DNA of 13,415 nucleotides from Candidatus Aegiribacteria sp. (GCA_046498225.1 JAWOBF010000078.1:1-13415); one strand, 5' to 3'. Positions 1 through 9,526 are shown, counted from the first letter of the stretch. Numbers and translations: made by a program. Notes: generated by a model from the letters alone, not told the origin.

Positions 1-182
1 CCGCAGTAGAAGCAGTTCTTCCTGCACCGGTTGGATATCTCGATAATGCCTCTGAGATAGACTTCTCCGCCCATTTCCTCCAGGAGCTTTCCGCGGGCTG
101 ACCGGAAGAGCTCCTCATCCGGGCCCGCTCCCTCCAGCAGCTCCTTAAGGAGCGACCGGGAAGGGTTCTCCGGAAGGACCAA
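1..182 (-). CDS. hydE: Radical SAM protein, HydE/biotin-synthase-like ([FeFe]-hydrogenase maturase HydE most likely); N-terminal part only, runs off the window edge
   Basis: My translation from TTG at 182: MVLPENPSRSLLKELLEGAGPDEELFRSARGKLLEEMGGEVYLRGIIEISNRCRKNCFYCG. It has the CxxxCxxC radical SAM motif preceded by VYLRGIIEISN, typical of HydE-family proteins (PylB is similar). It starts 4 nt after the upstream stop and is not in the ORF track. Confidence 0.72.
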   Translation of the reverse strand, partial: MVLPENPSRSLLKELLEGAGPDEELFRSARGKLLEEMGGEVYLRGIIEISNRCRKNCFYC

Positions 183-186
183 GCTC

Positions 187-849
187 TCACCGCCCGGCGG
201 GCAGGTAACGGCCGCCGTCGGGATGGAAGATACGAATGCCCCTGTAGCGCATCGCCCTCAGCTGCTGAAGGAGGTCCTCCACTATGCCCCTCAGGTCCGC
301 CCTGTCCCAGCCGATGTAGAACCTGGCCGACACCCTGGCCCTGGCGTCAAGCACCAGAAGGGCGGGTAAGGTGCTGACATTGAATCGCCCGGCCACCATG
401 CCCTGGTTGTCTATTATCACCGGCAGGTCGATGCCCCAGTCCGTGACCATATCCTCCAGTTCTTCCGTGGAAGTTTCTTCCGTTCTTACGGACAATACAA
501 CCGCCAGGGGCTGTTCGCGGAACTCCTCGTCGAGATCTTCCAGGCGCCGGCAGTACTCCACATCCCCCAGGGTCTCCAGACCGCAGAAGAATATGACTAC
601 AACGTGACGGCTCAGCTGATCGTAAAGGCTCAGCGGCCTGGACGTATTGAACCAGGTGTGGCCCGAGGGAAAATCACCCACGTCCGAAAGGAGCACCTCT
701 TCGGGAGGCTCGGGACCGAGATCGAACAGAAATCCAATAAGGAAGGCGATAACCAGCATCACCGCGAGGAACAGGACAGTGGACCTTATCCTGCTCCTGC
801 TCAGGTCGGACCTGGGCAGCTCGCTGGAGTAATCCTCCGAAGGCGTCAA
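187..849 (-). CDS. Membrane-anchored TlpA/redoxin-like thioredoxin-fold protein (DipZ/NHLRC2-type Trx domain) lacking the canonical CxxC
   Basis: One hydrophobic helix (TVLFLAVMLVIAFLIGFLF), then WFNTSRPLSL..LSRHVVVIFF, 'IDLPVIIDNQGMVAGRFNVSTLPALLVLD' with the conserved cis-Pro loop. Start reassigned from 939 to TTG 849, which overlaps the larC stop (TTGA) and follows a purine-rich tract. Confidence 0.7.
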   Translation of the reverse strand: MTPSEDYSSELPRSDLSRSRIRSTVLFLAVMLVIAFLIGFLFDLGPEPPEEVLLSDVGDFPSGHTWFNTSRPLSLYDQLSRHVVVIFFCGLETLGDVEYCRRLEDLDEEFREQPLAVVLSVRTEETSTEELEDMVTDWGIDLPVIIDNQGMVAGRFNVSTLPALLVLDARARVSARFYIGWDRADLRGIVEDLLQQLRAMRYRGIRIFHPDGGRYLPAGR

Positions 850-2030
850 GATCCCTTTCCGTCCTTTCGTGCCGCGCAGCGGGCGGCGATCATAACTTCT
901 CTCACGCTCACACCGTGTTCCCCGGCGGCGGAGGCGCATTCCTCATATTCCGGCTCGGCCCGAAGCAGCGACCCGTCCATGAAAGCCCGTTTCATGGTTA
1001 TGGGGCCGAACTCCGTCTGTACCCTCTGAAAATCCCTCTCCAGCACGGCCCTGCTGAAAGTGTCCATCCGTACTCCCAGAGTGGTGGTGTTCCTGAATAT
1101 GCACCGCACCACATCGTCTCTAGAAGGCTCGTCGCAGATAACCGTGACTTCAAGGGCGGGCCTGCCCTTCTTTCCTATGCACACGGACGCGTAGCAGTCC
1201 ACCGCACCGCTGTTCAGTATCCTGCCCGCCGCTTCGGGCCATGTCCTTGGGTCCAGGTCGTCCAGCACCGTCCTTATCTCCACGCAGCGGTCATCCTTCC
1301 AGGACCCCTTCCTGACCGTATCCCCCAGCGTCAGCCTGAGCAGGTTCGGCCGGGAGAGTTCCCTTGTGCCGGCCCCGTACCCGGTCGCCGCGGATATCAT
1401 TCCTGGGGGGACGGCAGTCCAGGACTGCACAGCGGTGGCAAGTATCGCCGCTCCGGTTGGGGTGGTTATCTCGAACGGGATGCCCGAAGGGGACGTGGGC
1501 ACCCCGGTCAGGATACGCAGGGTGGCCGGAGCCGGGACCGGGATGGTCCCGTGGGAGCATTCCACCGTACCGACCCCTGTAGCTACCGGGGTGGAATAGA
1601 CCCTTTCTATTCCCAGCAGGTGCATGCCGCAGAAAGCGCCGGCTATGTCGATTATGGCGTCCATGGCCCCTACCTCGTGAAAATGTACACTGTCCACCGG
1701 TATGCCGTGGGCCTCGGATTCCGCATCCGCCAGTTTTCCGAAAGCGAGGATGATGTTATTTCGCACCCCTTCCGGAAGACGGGACCGGGAGACTGTGTCC
1801 AGGATGTCGGACAGGTGCCTGGCGGCGGTCTCTTCCGGGACGGAGACTTCAACATGGGTTCCTTTCAGGCCGCCCCTGTGAACGGTTTCCGCCGACAGGT
1901 CCCATTCGGGAAGGTCCAGCCCCCGAAGCATGTCCTTTAGTAGAGAGGCATCCAGTCCGCTGTCCAGCAGCGCGCCCAGTATCATGTTGCCCGAGACACC
2001 GCAGAAGGGGTCGAAAACAGCTATTCTCAT
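846..2030 (-). CDS. larC: Nickel-pincer (NPN) cofactor biosynthesis protein LarC, nickel insertase
   Basis: N-terminus MRIAVFDPFCGVSGNMILGALLD, motifs VHFHEVGAMDAIIDI, HGTIPVPAPAT, EITTPTGAA, GYGAG, GKKGRP, TTTLGVR, PEYEEC. Start ATG 2030 has GGAGAGG upstream; the ORF-track start at 2096 lies in the AT-rich promoter region. Confidence 0.95.
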   Translation of the reverse strand: MRIAVFDPFCGVSGNMILGALLDSGLDASLLKDMLRGLDLPEWDLSAETVHRGGLKGTHVEVSVPEETAARHLSDILDTVSRSRLPEGVRNNIILAFGKLADAESEAHGIPVDSVHFHEVGAMDAIIDIAGAFCGMHLLGIERVYSTPVATGVGTVECSHGTIPVPAPATLRILTGVPTSPSGIPFEITTPTGAAILATAVQSWTAVPPGMISAATGYGAGTRELSRPNLLRLTLGDTVRKGSWKDDRCVEIRTVLDDLDPRTWPEAAGRILNSGAVDCYASVCIGKKGRPALEVTVICDEPSRDDVVRCIFRNTTTLGVRMDTFSRAVLERDFQRVQTEFGPITMKRAFMDGSLLRAEPEYEECASAAGEHGVSVREVMIAARCAARKDGKGS

Positions 2031-2120
2031 CCCTGCCTCTCCATTCAGCGTACCCGATAATGGATGATTAACACATAATATAAACCCCGGGACCATGTAT
2101 TAACTATAGGAGGATATTTT
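2031..2120. promoter_or_regulatory. AT-rich divergent promoter region between larC and larE, with an imperfect inverted repeat and a strong Shine-Dalgarno
   Basis: AT-rich island in GC-rich DNA; TTAACACAT (2068-2076) - N18 - ATGTATTAA (2095-2103), 8/9 matched; AGGAGG at 2108-2113 on the + strand. Confidence 0.55.
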
Positions 2121-2903
2121 ATCTGTTCCTATGAACTGCCAGGAACACTGATAAAGAAGGGCTTTTCCGCGGTACTCTACTCGGGTGGGTTCGACAGCGA
2201 GGTCCTCCTGAGGGCTGCGGCGGAAGCGATGGAACCCGGAACGGTCGTTCCCTTGACCGCCCGGTCGCCGCTGCTCGCGGATTACTACGTCCGTCGAGTC
2301 AGGGAAGTATGCTCCCTGCTGAAGCTGGAACCGGTGTTCGTGGACCTGGATCTCCTGACGGTCCCGGGACTCGCCGAAAACGGCCCGGACCGCTGCTATC
2401 TCTGCAAGAAGGAACTCTACGGAACGCTGGGGAGAAGGGCCCGGGCCATGGGCTGCGATTCGGTGATGGACGGAACGAACGTGGATGACCTGGGAGAGCA
2501 TAGACCCGGCCTGGCCGCGGCGGAGGAGGAGGGCATCCAACATCCCTTCGTGGAGGCCGGAATGGGCGAAGAAGAGATAACCGCCCTTGGCCTGCGGCTG
2601 GGCACCCGCGCGGAGGACAACCCCTCGGATTCCTGCCTTGCCACCAGAATACCCGGGGGGACGCCCATCACCCGAGGGCTGCTGGAGCTGGTGGAAAGGA
2701 TGGAAGCCCCGATCAGGCCGGCTGTCAGAGGGAGGTTCAGGGCAAGGCTGAAGGAGGGTTCGATGTGTATCTCGGTGGAGTACGAAGGCCGTGACCGGGA
2801 GGCCGTCACCCGTCACCTTGACAGATTGCGGGAGTGCGCCCTGGACCACAGCGTGTGTTTAGAGCTTCGAAGGACCGACGGGGATCAATCCTCTTTCAGA
2901 TAG
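2121..2903 (+). CDS. larE: LarE, ATP-dependent PP-loop sulfur transferase for NPN cofactor biosynthesis; start position uncertain
   Basis: The frame upstream of the ORF-track ATG 2229 encodes ..KKGFSAVLYSGGFDSEVLL (PP-loop SGGxDS). Downstream motifs: NGPDRCYLCKK, DGTNVDDLGEHRPGLAA, SCLATRIPGG. There is no ATG/GTG/TTG in frame between TAA 2076-2078 and 2229; ATC at 2121 lies 7 nt after AGGAGG. Confidence 0.88.
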   Translation: MCSYELPGTLIKKGFSAVLYSGGFDSEVLLRAAAEAMEPGTVVPLTARSPLLADYYVRRVREVCSLLKLEPVFVDLDLLTVPGLAENGPDRCYLCKKELYGTLGRRARAMGCDSVMDGTNVDDLGEHRPGLAAAEEEGIQHPFVEAGMGEEEITALGLRLGTRAEDNPSDSCLATRIPGGTPITRGLLELVERMEAPIRPAVRGRFRARLKEGSMCISVEYEGRDREAVTRHLDRLRECALDHSVCLELRRTDGDQSSFR

Positions 2904-3562
2904 CGGAAATAGCTCTCAAGGTTGTACACCGCCGCGAGAGGATTGTGGCCTGTGGGCCTGTCCTTCGCCGCAAGCACCGTGCAGTAGGCGTCCGAGTGCT
3001 TCAGAAAGATCGCGTCATGTCCCACGCAAAGGCCAATTACGATGTTGAGATCCGTGCGGGCCCTGTTCAGGGCCATGGCCTGAAGAAGAGGGTTGCACAT
3101 GGCCTCGGGACTTCCGGGATGTATCTTCTCCTCGTCCTCGACCCCTATCTCCTCCTTCGGCACCCGTCCGGCCTTGCATATGACCGATATCACCTGGAAG
3201 CCTCTGTCCGAAAGGAAAGCGCTTACCTTTTCCGCCTCTCTCATCAGTCCTACGCAGAAGACCAGCCCCAGTTTCGAGTAACCCATTCTCTCCGCGAATT
3301 CGGCCGTTTCCAGAAGCCTGGGCTTGCATGGCCGTGGGGATGAGTTGTCCGGCCCCCTTCCCTCATAACCCTCACCTTCCTGAATGGAAGCCTGCCTGGC
3401 GAACTCTGCAAGGCCCGGTTCACGGTATTTCTCCCTTACCCGGTCGACCAGTTCCCGGTCCAGTGTCGGGCAGGATGGCGGGCCCTGCCCGTCCTCGGTG
3501 GAACAGAGCCGCCTGTCGGGGGGGAAGGGACATAGGGCGCAGCGGGGAAGATTGCTCTTCAT
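2885..3562 (-). CDS. DUF1847-family Cys-rich putative metal-binding protein
   Basis: Family-typical motifs PRLLETAEFA, KLGLVFCVGL, SVICKAG, MCNPLLQAMALN, LNIVIGLCVGHD, KDRPTGHNPLAA; N-terminal CxxC..C..C. Start ATG 3562 overlaps the upstream stop (ATGA). The 3' end overlaps the larE 3' end by 19 nt. Confidence 0.85.
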   Translation of the reverse strand: MKSNLPRCALCPFPPDRRLCSTEDGQGPPSCPTLDRELVDRVREKYREPGLAEFARQASIQEGEGYEGRGPDNSSPRPCKPRLLETAEFAERMGYSKLGLVFCVGLMREAEKVSAFLSDRGFQVISVICKAGRVPKEEIGVEDEEKIHPGSPEAMCNPLLQAMALNRARTDLNIVIGLCVGHDAIFLKHSDAYCTVLAAKDRPTGHNPLAAVYNLESYFRYLKED

Positions 3563-4071
3563 GATCCACTCCAAAACCTGTTCCTGACCTCTTCCGCGAA
3601 ACGTTCGGGGTCGCCGGGGGAGACCACCAGTGTCCCGGACAGCGTTTCGATTATCACACAGTTCCCGTAGTCGTTGACCCAGGCCCTGAATGAGCCCAGC
3701 CTTCCGCTTCGGAACCTTCCGGAGAAGCTGAACAGACCCCCGTTGCCCCAGGTCCTGATGGCTCCGGTCATGGCTTTGGGGTCATGCTCGACCCTTCTCA
3801 CCACGCCCAGTTCGACGCGGGTGTCCCAGAACAGCCTTCTTACCGACAGTCCCCCCCCGGTCAGACGGTAGCCCCTGACCACGAACAGGAGCGCGACCAC
3901 AAGGATCAGCAGGGGGAAGAGAAGGTACAGGAATAACTCGAGCGGGGTGGAAGCCCGTCCGGACAGGGCCATTCCCACGAACACGCCAAGCAGAAGAAGT
4001 GTGGCAAGGGTGCTTATGACCTTGAGCATGGTTCCCCAGGGCGCGTTGAATTCAATATCCTCGTATCCCAT
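3559..4071 (-). CDS. Membrane protein with two TM helices and a bacterial PH domain (bPH_5-like)
   Basis: Two N-terminal hydrophobic segments, then IRTWGNGGLFSFSGRF..LG.FRAW and LVVSPGDPERF, typical of bacterial PH-domain proteins. GGAGG RBS at 4082-4078. Confidence 0.75.
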   Translation of the reverse strand: MGYEDIEFNAPWGTMLKVISTLATLLLLGVFVGMALSGRASTPLELFLYLLFPLLILVVALLFVVRGYRLTGGGLSVRRLFWDTRVELGVVRRVEHDPKAMTGAIRTWGNGGLFSFSGRFRSGRLGSFRAWVNDYGNCVIIETLSGTLVVSPGDPERFAEEVRNRFWSGS

Positions 4072-4100
4072 TCCAAACCTCCCCCGGTCGATACCTTTCT

Positions 4101-4129
4101 AATCTAAGCATGCGGCTGCTCCCTTACAA
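4101..4129 (-). promoter_or_regulatory. Putative sigma70-type promoter for the PH-domain/DUF1847 operon
   Basis: Minus strand TTGTAA (4129-4124) - 17 nt - TAGATT (4106-4101), upstream of the GGAGG RBS and ATG 4071. Confidence 0.55.
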
Positions 4130-4150
4130 CAAAGCCGGTTTTTTTCGGTG

Positions 4151-4178
4151 TTGACTTTTACTCTCCGCCGGATAAATT
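4151..4178 (+). promoter_or_regulatory. Putative sigma70-type promoter for the hybrid kinase gene
   Basis: TTGACT (4151-4156) - 16 nt - TAAATT (4173-4178), preceded by a T-tract. It overlaps the ORF-track GTG start at 4148, which argues for a real start at 4202 or 4208. Confidence 0.55.
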
Positions 4179-4201
4179 CTTTTGTGTACGGTTTAAGGGG
4201 G

Positions 4202-6997
4202 ATGTTCATGCAATCACCCGAAACGGTGGAAAACGGCGGCGGGGGGATCCCCGAGGAGATAAGGGGTGAGCGATACCTCAAGGAGGGAAGCTACGAAAGG
4301 GCCGCCGAACTCTTTGTGAAAGCTTCGCAAGCCTGTCCGGAAAACCGCGGAAGGCTTATGCACAGGGCGGCGGTTGCCTACTGGAAAGCGGGGTTGTACG
4401 ACAGGGCAGCCGATGCGTTCAAGGCGGCGGTGGATGAATTCCGCCGGACCGGGAACAGATCCGCCGAAGCCAGGAACGTCCTGGGGCAGGGGGCCAGCTA
4501 TCACGGCCTGAACAGGATGTCGGAGGCATACCGTATCATCCATGAGGCTCTCGAGATGGCCGAGGAGGAGAAAGATGACCGGACGGTTGCGGACGCCATC
4601 ACCTGGCTGGGAATAATCTGCAAGGACCAGGGAGACTACAGCCTGGCCCTGGAGCATCACAGCCGTGCTCTCGAGCTGAAGCGAAAGCTGGGTGACGAAC
4701 TGCAGCTGGCGGCGCCCCTCAACAGCATGGGACTGACCTACTATCACATGGGAGAGTACCGCAAGGCCATGGACTGCTTCGAACAGGCCATGGATATCCA
4801 GCGCAGGCTGGAAGATGCCTGGGGCCTGCCGGATACCCTGAACAGCATCGGAATGACGCTTCACAAAATGGGCCGCCCGGACGAGGCCCTCAAGGTCTAC
4901 GCTGAAGCCCTGGATGCAAGGAAGAGGTCCGGGGGAAAGGCGAGGACCGCCAATATCCTCAACAATATGGGGAACCTCTACACGACCCTGGGCGATTTCG
5001 ACAGCGCCATCCGGTGTCACAGCGAAGCGCTGGCCATACGCAAGACTATTTCCAGCAGGAGCGGAGTAGCCTCATCCCTGCTGAACCTGGGCGAGACCTG
5101 CAGGGCCGCGGGAAAACTGCGCAGGGCCGCATCCTGTCTGGAAGACAGCCTGGCTCATCAGCAGAACAACAGACCGGACGAGACCATGATGGATACCGTC
5201 CGCATGCTTGCAGAGGTCAGGCACCTGCTGGGAGAGAACGACAGCGCCTACGAACTCAACCGGAGGGCCCTGGGGCTGATGCAGGAACTCTACCGGGACC
5301 AGGTGGAGAAAAGACTGATGGAATCCAGGGAAATACTCAAGACCGAGCATCGCACGCGTGAAGCGAAGTTCCTGGTGGCCAGGAACAGGAAGCTGCAGGA
5401 CCTCTCCGACATGCTGGCATCTCAGAAGGAACAGCTCCAGCTGTTACTGGATTACGTTCCCGCGGTGATACTTTTCCTGGATAACGGGGGGACGGTCATC
5501 AGGCTGAACCGCTACGCGTCGAACCTGTTCGGAAAAGAACCCAGAGAGCTTGTGGGCAGGAATTCCCGGGAATTCTTCGGGTCCATCGGAAGGTCACTGT
5601 TCGAGATACGGGGAGCGGGAAGCGAATTTTCCGGGGAACCCCTGCTCGACAGCGAGGAAACGGTCCGGCTGAAGGATGGCGAACACACCTTTCTCTGCCA
5701 CAGGGTCCCTCACAGGGGGAGTGCCGGGGGGGCTGACGGCACGGTGGTCTTCGCCATCGATACAACCGAGGAAAAGAAGGCGGAGCAGAGAAAGCGGGAG
5801 ATTCAGGTGCTCACCAGCAAAGCGAAGAGACTGGAGAGCCTCGGACACCTGGCGGGAACCATCGCCCACGACTTCAACAACCTTCTTCTGGGAATAATGG
5901 GCAATGTGGAGCTGGTCCTCGGAAGGGCCAATGACCCTGCTTCCAGGAGCAATCTGGAGAAGGCCTCGGAAAACACCAGGAGAGCCGCGGAGCTGTGCGA
6001 CCAGCTGCTGGCATTCTCCGGCGGAGGCAGCTTCGACCTCAAGCGTCTGGACCTCTCCTCAGAGGTCTCCTTCATACTCCGGTCTTTCGCGTTCGACCCT
6101 GACGTCAGCTTCCAGTTCGCCACCGACCTGGAGGAGGGGCTGCCGGAAATAGATATGTCCGCCACCCAGCTTCGCCTCATCATGCGCAACCTGCTTGACG
6201 TGACAGGGGGATTAAAAGGAGATGGAGTAAAGGTTCGAGTAGCCACCGGAAGGGTGACCGCTGACCCGGGGTACATCGCGGGGGCGGTCCACGATACCGA
6301 AGCGGAACCGGGAGACTACCTCTACCTTGAAGTCACGGGCGGCTCCGGGAAGTTCTCCCGTGAGGAGCTTGCCGGCCTTTTCGATCCTTTCACCTCCGGC
6401 GACGTGCTCAAGGCTGACCTTAGAATGCCCGCCGTTCAGGGCATACTCAGGTCCCTGGGGGGATTCATGACCTGCACGGAAGAAGAAGGTCTCAGCGGCG
6501 TCAGGGTCCATTTCCCCTGCCTTCTCGCTCCATCAGCGCCGGAAAGAGAGCCCGACTCCGGCCGCGGCTCCACCAGGCGGAGGACACCGGCTCTCATCCT
6601 GATAGTAGACGATGAACCTTCTGTAAGGGAGACCGCCGGCGAAATGCTGGCCTCCATGGGCTACGAAGTCCTGTCATGCTCCGGCGGAGGCCCGGCGCTG
6701 AAGGTACTCGAAGACAGGGCGGACGATATCTCCTGCGTGCTCCTGGACATTACAATGCCGGACATGAGCGGTCACGAGGTGATAAGTGAGATAGCCAGGC
6801 TTCATCCCCGGATGGACGTGATACTCACCAGCGGCTTCTCCGAGAAGATGATAGTGGAATCCAGGGACAACCCCTGCTACAGGGGCTTTCTGAAGAAGCC
6901 CTACTCCATTTCCCAGCTTAAGAGTACCGTTGATGGGGTCGTCGACCGTGAGCCCAACCCGGCGGTGACTGAACAGGAAGATCCCACGGCCCCCTGA
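4202..6997 (+). CDS. Cytoplasmic hybrid sensor histidine kinase/response regulator: TPR repeats - coiled coil - PAS - HisKA - degenerate HATPase_c - REC
   Basis: Repeated TPR units (e.g. LNSMGLTYYHMGEYRKAMDCFEQAM, LNNMGNLYTTLGDFDSAIRCHSEAL), PAS (LLDYVPAVILFLDNGGTVIRLNRY..IDTTE), H-box LAGTIAHDFNNLL, receiver ILIVDDE..VLLDITMP..LTSG..FLKKPY. No TM helices. Start ATG 4202 or 4208 after AAGGGGG. Confidence 0.9.
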   Translation: MFMQSPETVENGGGGIPEEIRGERYLKEGSYERAAELFVKASQACPENRGRLMHRAAVAYWKAGLYDRAADAFKAAVDEFRRTGNRSAEARNVLGQGASYHGLNRMSEAYRIIHEALEMAEEEKDDRTVADAITWLGIICKDQGDYSLALEHHSRALELKRKLGDELQLAAPLNSMGLTYYHMGEYRKAMDCFEQAMDIQRRLEDAWGLPDTLNSIGMTLHKMGRPDEALKVYAEALDARKRSGGKARTANILNNMGNLYTTLGDFDSAIRCHSEALAIRKTISSRSGVASSLLNLGETCRAAGKLRRAASCLEDSLAHQQNNRPDETMMDTVRMLAEVRHLLGENDSAYELNRRALGLMQELYRDQVEKRLMESREILKTEHRTREAKFLVARNRKLQDLSDMLASQKEQLQLLLDYVPAVILFLDNGGTVIRLNRYASNLFGKEPRELVGRNSREFFGSIGRSLFEIRGAGSEFSGEPLLDSEETVRLKDGEHTFLCHRVPHRGSAGGADGTVVFAIDTTEEKKAEQRKREIQVLTSKAKRLESLGHLAGTIAHDFNNLLLGIMGNVELVLGRANDPASRSNLEKASENTRRAAELCDQLLAFSGGGSFDLKRLDLSSEVSFILRSFAFDPDVSFQFATDLEEGLPEIDMSATQLRLIMRNLLDVTGGLKGDGVKVRVATGRVTADPGYIAGAVHDTEAEPGDYLYLEVTGGSGKFSREELAGLFDPFTSGDVLKADLRMPAVQGILRSLGGFMTCTEEEGLSGVRVHFPCLLAPSAPEREPDSGRGSTRRRTPALILIVDDEPSVRETAGEMLASMGYEVLSCSGGGPALKVLEDRADDISCVLLDITMPDMSGHEVISEIARLHPRMDVILTSGFSEKMIVESRDNPCYRGFLKKPYSISQLKSTVDGVVDREPNPAVTEQEDPTAP

Positions 6998-7023
6998 CCG
7001 AAAGCGACATCACGCAGATTAAT

Positions 7024-9465
<2,442 letters not shown>

Positions 9466-9485
9466 TATGTTCCTGCCTGTTCGAT

Positions 9486-9526
9486 CTTCCCTGGAAGCAA
9501 TATCGTCACAGGAAACTCCCCGTCAA
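9486..9526 (-). promoter_or_regulatory. Possible copA promoter with an adjacent short palindrome
   Basis: Minus strand TTGACG (9526-9521) - 16 nt - GATATT (9504-9499); CTTCC-CT-GGAAG inverted repeat at 9486-9497 just downstream of the -10. Confidence 0.35.

Noticed and set aside
850..939. Arg-rich N-terminal extension of the Trx-like ORF (possible Tat signal)
   Set aside because: It overlaps the larC 3' end in another frame; the TTGA-coupled start at 849 is more parsimonious, and there is no proper twin-arginine consensus followed by an h-region.
915..1940. 341-aa + strand ORF
   Set aside because: Antisense shadow of larC with no recognisable motifs; such shadows are expected in GC-rich coding DNA.
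2100..2849. 249-aa - strand ORF
   Set aside because: Antisense shadow of larE with no family features.
4148..4201. ORF-track N-terminal extension of the hybrid kinase
   Set aside because: It overlaps the predicted -35/-10 promoter, and the RBS-like tract lies just before ATG 4202/4208.
4214..5020. 268-aa - strand ORF and other short ORFs inside the kinase gene
   Set aside because: They lie within the well-supported TPR kinase gene and lack motifs or an RBS.
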